Source of the DNA: Vicugna vicugna
Lineage: Eukaryota
Reading direction: 5' to 3'
DNA length: 64,000 bases
NCBI GenBank assembly: GCA_013265495.1
Contig: MU058217.1
Location: 124,001-188,000 of the forward strand
Shown here: in pieces, positions 25,264 to 38,964 of the stretch
How positions within the stretch are numbered: position 1 is the first letter of the stretch
Layout of the letters: each line of letters opens with the position of its first letter
Notes under the pieces: model-generated
Databases searched by the model: none
What the model was told of the DNA's origin: nothing
The model's input: the letters and a program-made list of their open reading frames with translations, nothing else
Translations under genes and position numbers: made by a program

Positions 25264-27944
25264 GAAATTCCATGAAGGCTGGGACAATGTTCCATCCACC
25301 ATCTGGTACCCTAATGATGCTGTAAATACTAATGAAATGTTTGTTGAGTATATCCTTGTTCATTCAGACTGCAGATAACCTAGCATATGGCTATTAACTC
25401 TTATTATTTTTATAATTGGATTAGAAAACATGTCAAGCGGTTTTCGGCTGCCCAAACAAAGCAGAGTCGTGCAGTAACTAGAGAAGTAGGAAACTGGCTC
25501 CTCCTCTCCTAGCCTCCTGTGAAGCTCAGGCATGGCTGGTAACCTAGACTCCGTCAATCAGAGGCACAGGTTTCTAGGCTTTGAATAAGGGGAAGGAGGG
25601 GAACTGAAGGTGAGAAAGAGGAATGAGGTGGGGTTAGGGGGTGGACAGTAAGACAGTGGCAACGTTACAGCTTCGGTGTTTGGTGTCCAGGCTAGACAGT
25701 CAGTAGTGCAAGCGCTGCTCTCTGGAATGCAGTGGTGCTGCCAGCAGGGTTTTTTGTTTTGTTTTGTGCTGAACCAGTTCTATGGCATGATTTTTGTTGT
25801 TCTCTGACTGCAAATCCCTGCTTTGTCTCTGCCTATTTGCTTCGCCTCGTTATATGATCTTTCTGAGAATTCTATGAACCACCCAATAGCCTCCAAATTA
25901 CGTTTTTCCTGCTTCAGTAATTTTCTGTGCTTATAACGAAGAATCCTGACTACTTCAGTGTCTAGCCTGATGCCTGGCGTGAGTGAGAATTTTGTATTGG
26001 TTCTTTTCTCTTTTGGGCTCCTTATCCTCCACTTCTTTCCTTCCACTCAAGTTTCACTCTAACTACATGATGCTCTGATCATGTAAAGAAAGCATGGAGC
26101 CACTCCATTCTATAATCATCTGCTCCACTAGATCCCACGCAAGATCATTCCACAGGCTAATAAACTTGGGGTGGAGGGGTGAGCAGCAGGGAATTTCTAA
26201 AATTGCCCTCTATTTTTAAGATAAAAGGAGTTTTGACAGCAAACATGAACTTGTTCACTAAACCCCAAAACACGGTAGTAGGGGACGTGTGTGAATGCCT
26301 AGCAGCATCTGGAGACCAAGAAACAGAAGTGCTCATTTATACAGTAATGATCTTTTGGACTTCATAAGCTGGTGGACCTGATTAAGTACCCAGAAGAGGT
26401 AGAGCATACCAAAATATTTGGGTTCATGAAAGGTTTGTTTAACTCATGGGTAACAGAACCATACTGGATGGTAAAGAGGGCCCTGGGGAGTTCTAAGAAG
26501 TACATTCTTAATATTCTTGGATGAAAATTTCCAGTGGCTTCTGCAGAACGCCCACAGTATGACTCAGAGACAGAATGTTGGGCTCACTGGGTTACTGAGG
26601 GCCCACAGAACTCATTTAGTCCACAGCCCCACCCCAAACATAGCAGCCTAAACAGACAATTATCAGTCATTGGCTATTCAGCCTCTGCTTAAAGTCCTTC
26701 AATGATGAAGCACATGGTTAGCCCAGCAAAATGATGTATTGATACTGGTTATTTTGTCCCTAGGATTCATGCTCCCTTATTACAGAACAGCACTCTCTGG
26801 GTCACATTCTCCTTCCCGCTCTCTCTCTGAGATGATCTCTTGTCCACTGTGTGACACCTTAGGAGGACTGTCAGTGAAGGCGTCTTGCCTTCCCTGGGCC
26901 AAGCCAGGCTTATCCGACTCTTACTCCATGAATTCTAGATCTTGAGTGCAGTGACGCCAAACCTCTAAGGTGGAGTGGGGAGATAATTTACTTTAACAGT
27001 AGCCGCTCTGTTGAGTTCCTTCCATCTAGAATCCCTGACATTTTCCACTTCTTCAGTTCTTCCAAGCCTGCTCCCCAGACTTATCTCTGAGACATCCCAA
27101 CCTCCATTATTTTTTTTTCCTGCACATGTGTTAAGGAGTTTGTTTCTATTGTTTGTAACCAAAGAATCCTGATTCAACCCATGGTGGCAATAGTAACATC
27201 CCTCGCTGTTGGAAAGCTCCTCCTTAGAGCAAACTCAACTCTTGCTCCATGTAACTTCTACCCTATTCCTGTTTTCCAGAGCAACTGTTTCCTGTTTTCT
27301 GGGAAATTTTTGAGCCAATATTTTCTATAGGATGGACATTCAAATATCTGAATACAATATACTTCCCCTTACTCATCTATTTTCTGATCGCTCAACAGTT
27401 TACTTGTAGAATAAAATTTCCAAATCTATCAGCATCCTGGTGCCACTCCCCTGAACCCTTAAAATATAACCCCCATCAGGGGAACAGGAAGGGTACAATA
27501 GGGTCACAATTTCTCCTGTATTCCTCCTTAATTACACAAATGGTGACTTTTGTTTAGCAGCGGCATTACATTATTGGATTACATTAAAATATATACATTC
27601 AATCAAAACTAATTTTTGAAACTCATTGCTTCTTCATCATGCAAGCAACACATCTTTGAAAATGAGAAAATACAAATATACAAAAGATAAATTTTAAAAC
27701 TTCTCACAACCCCCCACCCAGTGATAATCACTGTAAACATATTCTTATAAAATCTCCCAGACTATTTGATCTGCTTATTCTATTGTCTCTTCTGTTTGCT
27801 GCATAATATCACAAGTATGGTACATATTTAACTAGCACCCTCTGGACGGATTCCATGCAGTTTTGGTTTGCTTTGCTATTGTAAACAATGCTTCGATAAA
27901 CACTCTTACATATCCACCTTTGTATGTTTCTCTGATGGTTTCCT

Positions 27945-28375
27945 TTATTTCCAGCTTTATTGGATATAATTGACATGTAACATTGTGTGAGTTTAAGATG
28001 TGCAACGTGTTGATTTGATACATGTTTATATTGCAAAATGACGGCCACCACAGGGTTAACTAACACCTTCATCCTGCCACATAATTATCATTTCTTTTTT
28101 GTGGGGGAGACATTTCAGATCTCCTTCTTAGCAACTTTCAAGTATGTAATACAGTATTATTAGCTATAATCACCACGCTGTACGTTAGATCCCCTGAGCT
28201 TGTTAATCTTATAACTGGAAGTTTGTACCCTTTAATCAATATCTCCCCATTCCCAACGCCCTCCAGCCCCTGGGAACCACCACTCTGATTCTCTGAGCTC
28301 AGGTTTTTTTAGATTCTACATGTGAGAGATCATACAGTCTGTCTTTCTCTGTCTGACTTACTGCACTTAGCATAT
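27945..28375 (-). mobile_element. L1MA9/10-like 3' end
   Basis: ctttattggatataattgacatgtaacattgtgtgagtttaag...ttagcaactttcaagtatgtaatacagtattattagctata. Confidence 0.8.
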
Positions 28376-28739
28376 CTGATGACTTCTGAATCATTCCCAG
28401 AAGCTGAATTGCTGGGTCAAAAGACATGTGTTTTCTTGTGAGGTTTTTAATTATCTATCACATTATTCTCTAGAACCAATTTATACTTCTATCGACAGAT
28501 TATAAAAGGTCTTAGACTCCTGAAATTTTCATATGAGAGCCTGCCAAGCCAGATGTCTATAAGTAATCATTGATTCTAAGCTAAATCAAATACTGTATTT
28601 ACACTTTTAAAATTTTATTTTGTTGACTCTAGTTTCTCTTTCCCACCTGTTGGAATGATTACATTAGAGACTCAGTCTTGACTCTTGAGCATCTGAGATC
28701 TGGAGTCTTGAGACTGAGTGAGTATGAGGTTGCTCGTGA

Positions 28740-28890
28740 ATCCTGACTTTATATCCTAAGAATCTGGCAGATGTCCCTGCTATGTTTTCATCTGAGTTAC
28801 AGATAACATTGTTGGACAGAACATAGCCAAGAGCTGGCCCCAAGGCAGTCTGCTGGTGTGCCTCCAGCCTGAGAGATAATCATCTCCAAA
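28740..28890 (-). mobile_element. L3/CR1 relic
   Basis: tcatctgagttacagataacattgttggacagaacatagccaagagctggcccc resembles antisense CR1 RT. Confidence 0.5.
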
Positions 28891-29844
28891 CCTACCTAAG
28901 AGCTCTGGTGGCCGCATATATCTCACCCAGTCCTTCTCAAGGAACCACCCACTAATCCATCAACTAATGAGGTGATGGTTGGCATGGCAGGATGGGGTTC
29001 CAACCTGCGGTCGGAGTCTGTTCTCGTCCAACTAAGGGTGTGTCAGTGGTTAAATGTCATAAATATCATTCTTGCATCCATGTACCCACTAACAAGATGA
29101 AATAGGTGTTAGTAGCTTGCCATATTTGTCTCAGATATCTTTTTTTTTTTTGAGGATATGAGGCATCTCAAACACAGCTAAAGTTCCACTCTCATCCCCC
29201 TCCCACCACTAAAAGGAGTAATTCCTTTGCATTTTGTACTTTTAGTATACTTACATGTATCCTTAGACAAAGTCCATTACTGAGTTTTTCCATTTGAAAA
29301 TTTTGCGTGAGTAGCATTACATGTATGTACCTTCCTAGTACTCTTCAATATTGTGTTTTTTAAGTGTATCCATATTGATACATATAGATCTAATTCATTT
29401 TAACTACTTTATAATCTCCCATTTTTAAATAAAATTCTCTGCTGAAGGACAATTCGAATATTTCCACAAAAAGTGTTGCATTGAATGTCCTTAAGCACAT
29501 TTCCTTGTGCACATATTCCAGAGTTCCTCTAAGACAGATGCATGGTGGAAGTGCTGGGTCCTAGGGTGTGAGCATCTTCAAGTTTATGTTACCCAGTTGC
29601 TCTGCAAGACAGTCTATCAGTTAGTGCCAAAATGCATATTCCTGCCAGGACTATATAAGACCCCTTTTCCCACATTCTCACCAACATTTGGTATTGTCAG
29701 ACTTACTAACAGGTGCCAAGCTTTGGGGTACGAAATAGTTTCTCAATATTTTCATGTGTAATGAGTATTAGTCACAGTGGGCCTCTTTTCATACTTCATT
29801 GGTTGTTTTGAGTTCCTTCCTCTATGAGTTGTGTGTCCATGGCT

Positions 29845-30310
29845 ATGCTCTCCAGCTTCCAAGATGGCGCCAATAATTCGTGCCTCCTGTAATTCACACC
29901 CTTGTGCCATCCATTCCCTCCCACACTGTGCCAGGGTTGGTTTGTGAGACTAATGGAATATGGCAGAAGAGGTGGTAGGTCAGTTCTGAGACTAGGTTAC
30001 AAAAGACTCTGTAGCCTCCATCTTGGTTATTCTGTTTCTCTTGAATCACTCAATCTGCCAGAAGCCAACTGCCACACTGGCAGCAGCCCTATGAGACAGC
30101 TCATGCGGCAAGGAACCGAGGCCCCCTGTCAACAGCCAGTAAGAAACTGGGGCCTCCCAAAACAGCTACATGGATGGATTTGGAAGTGGATACAGATGAC
30201 TGCAGCCTCAGCAACATCCTGAGTGCTCAAACTGCCCAGCTAAGATACGCCTGAATTCATGACCCTCTGCAAGGTAGTGTTTGTTGTTTTAAGCCACTAA
30301 GTTTGGGGGA
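29845..30310 (+). mobile_element. MLT1F-like MaLR LTR
   Basis: ccagcttccaagatggc...cctcccacactgtgccagggttgg...gttgttttaagccactaagtttgggg. Confidence 0.8.
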
Positions 30311-31370
30311 TATGTCTCCTCAGGCAAGGGAAACAAAAGCAAGAGAAAAAAATGGGACTACATTAAACTATAAAGCTTCTGCACAGTAAAAGAAGCCATC
30401 AACAAAATGAGACAACCACCTACCAAATGGGAGAAGATATTTGCAAATGATATATCCAATAAGGGGTTAATATCCAAAATACACAAAGAATTCATACAAT
30501 TTAACAACAACAAAAAGACCCAATTTAAAAATTTTTAAGTGGCAGAGGTGATGAATAGACATTTTTTTCAAAGAAGACTTAATAGATGACCAACAGGCAT
30601 ATGAAAAGATGTTGAACACCATTAGTCATCAGGGCAATGCAAACCAAAACCACAACGAAAGACCACCTCACATCTAGGATGGCTATTATCAAACGGCAGG
30701 AAATAATGGGTGCTGGAGAGGCTGTGGAGAAAAGGGAACCCTCATGCACTGCTGGTGGGAATGTAAATTGGTGCAGCCACTATGGAAGACAGTATGGAGA
30801 GTCCTCAAAAAATTAAGACCAGAACTACTGTATGAACCATCTACCCCACTTCAGGGTATTTATCCAAAGAATACAAAATACTAATTTGAAAAGATATATG
30901 TGCACCAATGTTCATCTCAACATTGTTTACAATAGCCAAGATAAGGAAATAACATATATATGTGGAACAACATATATAATGGAATACTACTTAACCATAA
31001 AAAAAGATAAAATCCTGCCAGCTGTGACAACATAGATGGACCTTGAAGTGAACTAAGTCAGATGGAGAAAGATAAATATTATATGATTTCTCCTGTATGT
31101 GGAATCTAAAAAAGAAAACAAAAAACAAAATAAATCAACAAACCAACCCAAGCAAAAACAAAAACATAGACACAAAGAGAACAGAGTAGTAGTTACCAGA
31201 GGGTGAGGGGCTGGGTGAGGGCAAAATAGGTAAAGGGGTCAACTTCAGGGTGATGAATGGAAACTAAATTTTTGGTGGTGAGCACACTGTAAGGTATATG
31301 AAGGTAGAAATATAGTATCGTACAAATGAAACATACAACGTTGTTAGTCGGTGTTATCTCAATAAATAAT
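30311..31370 (+). mobile_element. L1 ORF2 C-terminus + 3' UTR (decayed)
   Basis: aaatgggactacattaaactataaagcttctgcacag, gtggagaaaagggaaccctcatgcactgctggtgggaatgtaaattgg, aataaa terminus. Confidence 0.9.
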
Positions 31371-31754
31371 TTTTTTTTAAATTTGCTGTGCATTTTTCAG
31401 TTTGAAAATCTGTTCTTCTTTCTGACAAAGACCAAAGCAAAATGATTGTCAAGTAATAATGTTGACACAACAACCTTCTCCCTTCTTGCTCCTTTGATTG
31501 CTCCAACCATTGGGATAAGATATAGACACCAGTCATCCCTTTTGGTGGGTCAGCATCTGGACCATTTCTCTGTGTCTTGAGAATCCCACATCCCCATAAA
31601 TTGTAGTACAAAGCAGAGCTGATCATTGCTGACACCCACTTCCATGGCCTCTCTTGCAGCAAGGATGTGGGCATGTGACCTAGGATCTGCCAAGAAGACA
31701 TATTCCTCTTGGATTCTGAATGCAAAGAATCACCAGCAATCACAGAGAGTGCTT

Positions 31755-31920
31755 TTCACACCTTGGTGTCTTCAAGAATCATCTTGAAGTCTTGCTGAGC
31801 TGCACGTGCCCCCACCCCCACCCCCAGAGAGTCTGACTCAGTAGGGCTGGGGTGGAGCCCGAGAATTTGCATTTCTAACTCTCCCAGGACCACACCTGAG
31901 TTAGAGCCTGTGGTTCCCAG
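31755..31920. mobile_element. MER5-like hAT MITE
   Basis: cccacccccagagagtctgactcagtagggctggggtggagcccgagaatttgcatttctaac. Confidence 0.7.
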
Positions 31921-32724
31921 GGGCGAGTTCAGGTCCCAGGGCAGCAGAGTTGACACTGTCCCTAGGATCAGCAGGGGAAGCTGGGCCAATTCTGCAGTGA
32001 GATCCGGAGCATTGTTTCTCACTAAATGGCAGCTGACATTGGTCCTCCAGCCCTCCTGGCAATTCTAGGAGCTATTCTGGTTCCTTTAAATAGATTGCCT
32101 TGCTGCTTAAATCAGCCAATTTCTGGTGCTTCCAACTAAAAATGCTATTTGATCTATCAAGCATCTATTTTGTTGTCTTTTAAAACTGTCCTTTGGGCCC
32201 TAAACCACTCTCAGCTTTAGCCTTCCTGACGTTACTCTCCCACTGTCATATTGCATCCCTGGGATTTATGCCACTTAATTCATCTTTTGGTACATGTCTG
32301 CTAAAAATTATAATTTTTCTCGTTTCCAGAATAATGTATGGTTATTATAAACATACCTGGAAAATACCAAGAAGCTCAAAGAAGCAAATTCATAATTATC
32401 TTTAATCCCACCACCAGAGACAACCATTATGAGTATACTGTTACATTACTTTCAGATTTTTTCTCTATGTACACATCTTATATATTTGAGATCATACCAT
32501 ACACACTGCAACAATATAAGTAAACCTTTCTCCTGTCAAAAAACATTGTGCAATATAATTTGCACAGCATTCCACCATATGATGTCCTGTAATTTATTCC
32601 ACTAACCCTTGCTATCTGACATGTAGGTTGATTCAAATTGTTCACAATATAAATGACACTGCCAACTTCTGATTCAAAATAGCACATGGTGAGCAATTCC
32701 TATGACAGCCTCTCCAAATTCTCA

Positions 32725-32860
32725 AAATTTCATTCATCCAACAAATATTTCTTGAGCATGCACCATGTGTAACGCACCGTTCCAGTTGCTGAGGATAAAG
32801 AAATAAACAAAATAGACAAAAATCCCTACCTTCATTGTAGCTTTCATTCCATGGGATGAG
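32725..32860 (-). mobile_element. L2 3' end
   Basis: ttcattcatccaacaaatatttcttgagcatgcaccatgtg...aatagacaaaaatccctaccttcattgtagcttt. Confidence 0.75.
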
Positions 32861-33343
32861 CAGTAATAATACTAAGGTCAATACTATACCCACAAACATA
32901 CAATAGACTAATAATATACCAACGATAAGATGATGATGGCAGCTACTACTTATTAAATGTTTGCCATCTGTTGAACATTATGTGAAGACTTTTCAGTGTA
33001 ATTAATCCGCAGACACTGTTATCAACTCCAATTTTCAGGGAAGGCCACTGGCACTTTCACTTCCCCTGCCCTACCGTTAATGCAGGAAGATGTGCTGTTG
33101 AATCCGTTAAATCTGAACCCTCCCCACAACCTACAATGGGAGCAAGAGGAAGACGCCACCTCCTAGACCTGTGCAATCCCAAGTGAGAGCCTGTTTCGAT
33201 CAAGGAAGTGTACTAATCTGCTTCACTTCAGCTGTAGGCTGGAAAGGAACCAGGACCACTGCCCCCATGAGACCACAGGTGATCTGCCTTCTACCCACTG
33301 ACTAGCATCGGATCACATGTTGTTCAACAGCAAACTGAGAAGA

Positions 33344-33458
33344 GGGGAGAGCACACCTCAGTGGTAGAGTGCATGCCTCACATGCACGTGGTCCTGGCTT
33401 CAATCCCTAGTACCTCCATCATAAATAAATAAACCCAATTACCTTCGCCTCAAAAAAG
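33344..33458 (+). mobile_element. Vic-1-like SINE (diverged)
   Basis: ctcagtggtagagtgcatgcct...gtcctggcttcaatccctagtacctcc, aaataaataaacccaattacc tail. Confidence 0.85.
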
Positions 33459-33819
33459 AGCAAATTAAGAGAACAAAACTGGCATAGTATCCATGAAAAA
33501 ATGCAGAAGGGGGAAAAAAAGGTAGATGCCTAATTAGAAGACCCACAGGAAGAGCAAGCCACTGACAACCACTCATTGCCAAAGGATGGTGCTGGGAAAT
33601 CCTTTCACATCCACCAGAAGACACAGGCTTTCTGAAATATAGGATCGCAGGAGAAACAGACTCAGGTGAAGAAGGCAACAGACAGAGACAAATAAAAGTA
33701 GCATTAAAAGAGTGGTGAAGGAGGAATACAAGGAAATCAAACACAATAGCAGATTAAAATTCACATCACAACTCCCTTCATCAACAATAGAGCTGATGCC
33801 ACCAAAAAAATTTTGAATC

Positions 33820-33977
33820 TTTACACTGTATAGCACAGGGAAATATATTCAACATCTTGTAGCAGCTCATGGTTAAAAAGAACATGAAAATGAATGTATG
33901 TATATTCATGTCTGACTGAAGAATTGTGCAGTACCCCAGAAATTGACACAACATTGTAAACTGACTATACCTCAATA
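33820..33977 (+). mobile_element. Short L1 3' end with perfect 16-bp TSD
   Basis: AAAAAAATTTTGAATC at 33804-33819 and 33978-33993. Confidence 0.9.
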
Positions 33978-35170
33978 AAAAAAATTTTGAATCAGACAAT
34001 ACCATATATTGGTGAAGACCTGAAGCAACTAGAATTCTTGCACACTCTTGGTAAGAAACAATTTGACAACCAGCAGCAGAACAGAAGATGCACATAACCT
34101 ACAACCTGGTAATTCCACTCCCAGATACACTAGGTTAATGGTTCCGAATCTGCTTCCTAAAACCCAGATGCACAATTAAATCAGAATGTCTTAAGGGTGT
34201 GAGCCACACATCAAATGTTTTTCTTCACTCCCACATGATTCCAATGTGCAGTCAAGTTTGGGAATGACTGCTCGAGAGAAATCCTGGTGTGTGCGCACCA
34301 GATGACATCTACTGGAATGTTCACCGCAGCACTGTTTGGAATTGTGAGAATCCAGAAATTTCCCAATGTCCATGAGCTGAACTGACACAATGTGGTGCAT
34401 TCACATGCTGACACACTACAGCACAGTATTCGTAGCAGTCATACCCATCAGCATGGAGGAATCTCACAAAAGTCATGTTGGGAAGAGAGGGGAAGCAGTT
34501 CACCGAAGAGCATACGCTACGTGACTGCATTTGCACAAGAAAAATGCATGAACTGGACAACGTATTGTATAAAGATACACACGTTTGTTGTAAGACTACA
34601 AAGAAATGCAAGGGAGTGATAACCACAAACCTCAGGGAGGAGGAAGGAGCACTGAAGACACTGATATTGTTTGATTTCTTAAACTGTTAGTGGTAGCTTA
34701 TACCTTACATGTGTTGTGAATATTATTTGGTCTGCTTTATTTATTTAGTTAAATATTTTTAAAAGAATTTTAAAATTTAAAAAAAGGAGAATATTCACAG
34801 GTAGGGACCAACTTGAAAAAAGTTTTCAAAATTCAGAGAAAAGAGCAAAGAGATCAGAAAATGATGAAAGGAAAGTGTAGCTATGGAGGACACTGAATGG
34901 CCGTAAGTATACCTTTTTTTAATTATAATGCAAAGAAAGAAGACAACTTTTTTTAAACCCTACTGCTTAAAAATGAATTTATGTAAACTTACATTAGGAT
35001 AAGAACTTCCAGAGCCAGAAACCATGAAGAAAAAGATTTCTAAATCTGAGATATAAACAAATGTAAAACAACATTAAGATTATTGGGTAAATGTGTTGGA
35101 TTAAGCTGGTTGTATCCAACCCTTTTCTCATGGCCTTAAATGTTTCCTCAACTAAATTTTTGGAAGTAGA

Positions 35171-35421
35171 TAATGAAAAAAAATACAGGGGGTAGGGTTA
35201 TAGCTCAAGTGGTAGAACGCATGCTTAGCAAACACAGGGTCCTGGGTTCAATTCCCAGTACCTCCTCCAAAAATAAGTAAGTAAACCTAATAACCCCCCA
35301 AAATTAAAATAAATAAAAATTTAAAATATGAGAATACATGCATGTATATGTATGACTGAAACACTGTGCTGTACATCAGAATTTGACACAACACTGTAAA
35401 CTGACTATACTTCAACTAAAA
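35171..35421 (+). mobile_element. Short L1 3' end containing a nested SINE
   Basis: tatgactgaaacactgtgctgtacatcagaatttgacacaacactgtaaactgactatacttc; TTGGAAGTAGA repeated on both flanks. Confidence 0.8.
35188..35325 (+). mobile_element. Vic-1-like SINE
   Basis: tatagctcaagtggtagaacgcatgcttagc...cctgggttcaattcccagtacctcc. Confidence 0.9.
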
Positions 35422-35814
35422 AAATTCTTGGAAGTAGAATTACTGACACATAGTAAATGTTCAAAAAATAGTTGTTAAAGGCATGAATGAACAGAGAAGA
35501 CTCGGTAAAAGTACCATTCATTCAGGAGAAAATTCTGGAAAACCATAATGTCAGAGTTTACTTTTGAATAGGGGACTAAAAAACGACTTTTATCTGCCTT
35601 TTCACTTGTCTAGGTTTTTTTTCTTCTCTACAATTAACACATGTTGTATAATAAAAACAAAGTATAATTTTATTAGTAGGTGTATTCAGGGTAATCGCAG
35701 CAAAGATTCTTCCTTCCCTGGAAAAGCTCACGCGTGGTGAAAAGAACTTGCCTAATTCTAAAAGACAGTTAAAAGAGCCTGATTCCCAGCCAAATCCCCA
35801 CTCAATGAACCTCA

Positions 35815-36355
35815 TCATGGTAGCCAGCCTCCCTCCACCCTCAGCATCCCTGCCTCCTGGAATTCTCACACTTATTCAGCTCCCCTCCCACACTGTATGA
35901 GGGTTGGTCTACAAGACCAACAGAATATGACAGAAGAGATGGTATATCACTTCTGAGATTAGGCTATAAAAGACACTTCCATCTTGGTCACTCTCTCTCT
36001 CTTTCGGATTAGTTGCTCTGAGGGAAGGCGGAAGCCAGCTGCCGTGTCGTGAGCAGCTCTGTGGAGAGGCCCGTGTGGCAAGGAGCTGAAGTCTCCTGCC
36101 AACAGGCATGTGGGTGCCTACAGGCATGTGGTTGCACCATCTTGGAAGTGGCTCCCCTAGCCCCAGTTAAGCCTTCAGGTGATGCACCTCCAGCAGAGAT
36201 CCCGGCTGAAACCACACAAGAGATCTTGAGCCAGAACCACCCAGGTCAGCCACACCTGGATTCCAGATCCTCAGAAACTATGTAAGATAATAATGGTTGT
36301 TTTATGCTGCTAAATTTGGGAGTAAACTGATCTGCAGCAATAGGTAACTAATATA
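35815..36355 (+). mobile_element. MLT1F-like MaLR LTR
   Basis: Same layout as 29845-30310 and 62080-62620 (ccctcccacactg, ctgagattaggctataaaagaca, ccagttaagccttcaggtgatgca). Confidence 0.8.
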
Positions 36356-37123
36356 CCCTTTTAAACTGAGTTACTAGATTTTAGCACCAAAGAGAAGTAA
36401 GGTGGGGGGGGGCAGGCAGACATACAGGATGAGGACCTTGGACAGAGACACACTGCTGGGACCACGGTCTACACCAAGCATCACAGCCAAATCCTACCTG
36501 GGACCCCACATAGTGCACAGCTGCCAATGGACACTGAGGACCTGGTCACGCAGAGAAACACAACCTGGCAGAGAAAGGAGAGGTCTGCGTTCTCCACTTT
36601 CCACAAGGAGACCCTTGGAGCCGGCAAGAGGGGCTGCAAGGAGGAAGGAGAAGCGGCGCTAATAAACAGAGCCAAAGCCATCTCCTGCTTCCCAAGCCCA
36701 GGGAAGGGGCTCTCAACTGAAAATGTGGTAGCAAGTAACAACTGAATGGGGTGGAACGATTCCTCAAAATGAAACTATTTTAAACTGGAAGTGGCTGGGC
36801 AGAGCTGATATTTACAAGACAGGGCTAACTTCAATTTTTCCACTGTTAAGCGTGAATAGGGTTTTTTTTAGAAAAAAAGGAAGCTAGCTATAAAAATAAA
36901 GTGAACCTCGCTGGTGCAAGGCTAAGTGGGGACGGTTCAATCAGAGCAGTTAAAGAAATGAACAATGAGACCTGAGGTGTGTGCTTTACTTCCTCTTGAA
37001 TGTTAAGCTGGTCAAGTCCCTCAAGCAGACACACGGCACACTTTCCAGGCCTACCACAACCATCAATGCAGACACTTTTAATTATTCAGTATCTCCTGCC
37101 CTTGTAAATACTATTCCTTCTTA

Positions 37124-37339
37124 GATTCCAGACCAGCTGCCCAAAGGAACTTTCTATGATCATGGAAATGTCCTCTATCCACACTGTCCAATAAGATAGC
37201 CACTAACCACACACAGCAACTGAGCACTTGAAGGGTGGCCAGTGCAACTGAGGGATGGACTTTCACATTTTATTTAACGCTAATTACCATAAATGTAAAC
37301 AGCCATGTGTGGTTACTGCTACTGCGTTGACAGTGCAGT
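37124..37339. mobile_element. MER3-like hAT MITE
   Basis: gaactttctatgatcatggaaatgtcctctatc...ctgtccaataagatagccactaaccac...acagccatgtgtggttact. Confidence 0.75.
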
Positions 37340-38568
37340 TCAAGATGATGTGATACATAATTCTTGCTACTGAACTTTTGGAAATCTAGTTTCCTAAATT
37401 TGGGGGAGGGCAGCTTTGCTTGCATATTTGCTGTCACAAACTCCAAAATGACAGGGTCGCTTTGGTTCAAGGTTTCTGATACTTTCACACTCCCACCAAT
37501 TCTTCCCGATGAATCCTGGGAACCCAACTGCAAACAGCATCTACAATAATGCTTACATCAGGAAATTCTGAGCATTGACTGGGTATCTGATAATACTCAA
37601 GAATTACTAAAATTTCATGAAATGTTTACAGATAACAGGATTTGACATCTGCAATTTGCTTTAGGTAATGGAGCGCAGAGTCGGGTAGAGGAAACAAGAC
37701 TGGTTGCTCATTGTGGAAGCTGTGTGATTGGGTTCACGGGCATCCCTTACGTTAGTCTACTTCACAATTTTTTTTAATTTTAAAATATGTCAGAGTTTTT
37801 AACAAAGTGGGAACGTGCTCATATTATCATATCAAGTGGAAGGGAAAAAGCAAGTTACAAAATGACAGACAGATAAAAAACTGGGGAATTTCTATAAACG
37901 GAAGGAAATATGTAGCAGAGGATAGTGGGTAGGACCCAGATGGCAGAGTTCAAATTCTATCACACTGACTTGGCTTAGGGAATGTTCTTAGTTTTGCTAA
38001 AGCTCAGTTTCCTCATCAACCAAATGAGGCTCACACTAGAATGAACCTCTTAAAATTGCTGTGGAGACTAAATGAACTGATTTAGCAAATACTTAGCCAG
38101 CATCTGTCTTGCAAGTCCCATCACTTACACCTGGAAATAGATTTATAAGTGGTTGCCGTTATATTATATTATCCAATTTTCCTTAAAAGGGATGTCTTCC
38201 TTTTATATTCCAGGGAGAAAATTATTTTTTTTATAAAATGAAAGAACAATTTCTTCCATTACTGCTTCTATATTCTGAGAAACTGTTAAGCAAAGTCAGT
38301 TAATAATTTATCAGATGTTCTAAACTTCAGCAAAAGGAGAATTCCAGTTAATGCCTGGATAAGTGGAATTCCCCCACAAAAACCATTTTGTTGCCTTTGT
38401 GACATGTATTGGGAAAACATCATCTGGAAGCTTTCTCTGGCCTAGGGGTGGAGTAGGCACTTGCTTCTAGGGTTCTCCTCATTCCTGACCCAAAAGCTCT
38501 CCACAACGATGGACAGACCTTGACAGAAGATGCTACATACTTTTCCCTTCCTATTTGTACTTGGTAGT

Positions 38569-38687
38569 GGGGAAGGGTACAGCTCAAGTGGTAGAGTGCA
38601 TGCCTAGCATGCATGAGGTCCTGGATTCAATTCCCAGTACCTCCATTAAAAATAAATAAACCTAATTACCTACCCCCCTTAAAAAAA
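38569..38687 (+). mobile_element. Vic-1-like SINE
   Basis: ggggaagggtacagctcaagtggtagagtgcatgcctagcatgcatgaggtcctggattcaattcccagtacctcc. Confidence 0.9.
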
Positions 38688-38964
38688 GATTTGCATTTTT
38701 TAAAACAGTCTATATCCTTCTGTTGTCACTTTCTAGTTACGAATCCCCTGCAAGTGACAGTCATGTTTATGAAATTGTGTTTTTCTTCTCTCGGTAACAT
38801 GAAAATCTTGCCTATCCATTCCCTGTAAACTTTGCCTTGGGAAACAGACATGCAAGGCCATAAATAAAGTTCTGGGCCAAGTGTATTTCTGCTCAAGAAT
38901 AATAGCACTGTCTCAATTACCCTGTTTCCGTCTGTATCACAAAGGCCGTTTTCCATTTTCTTCT

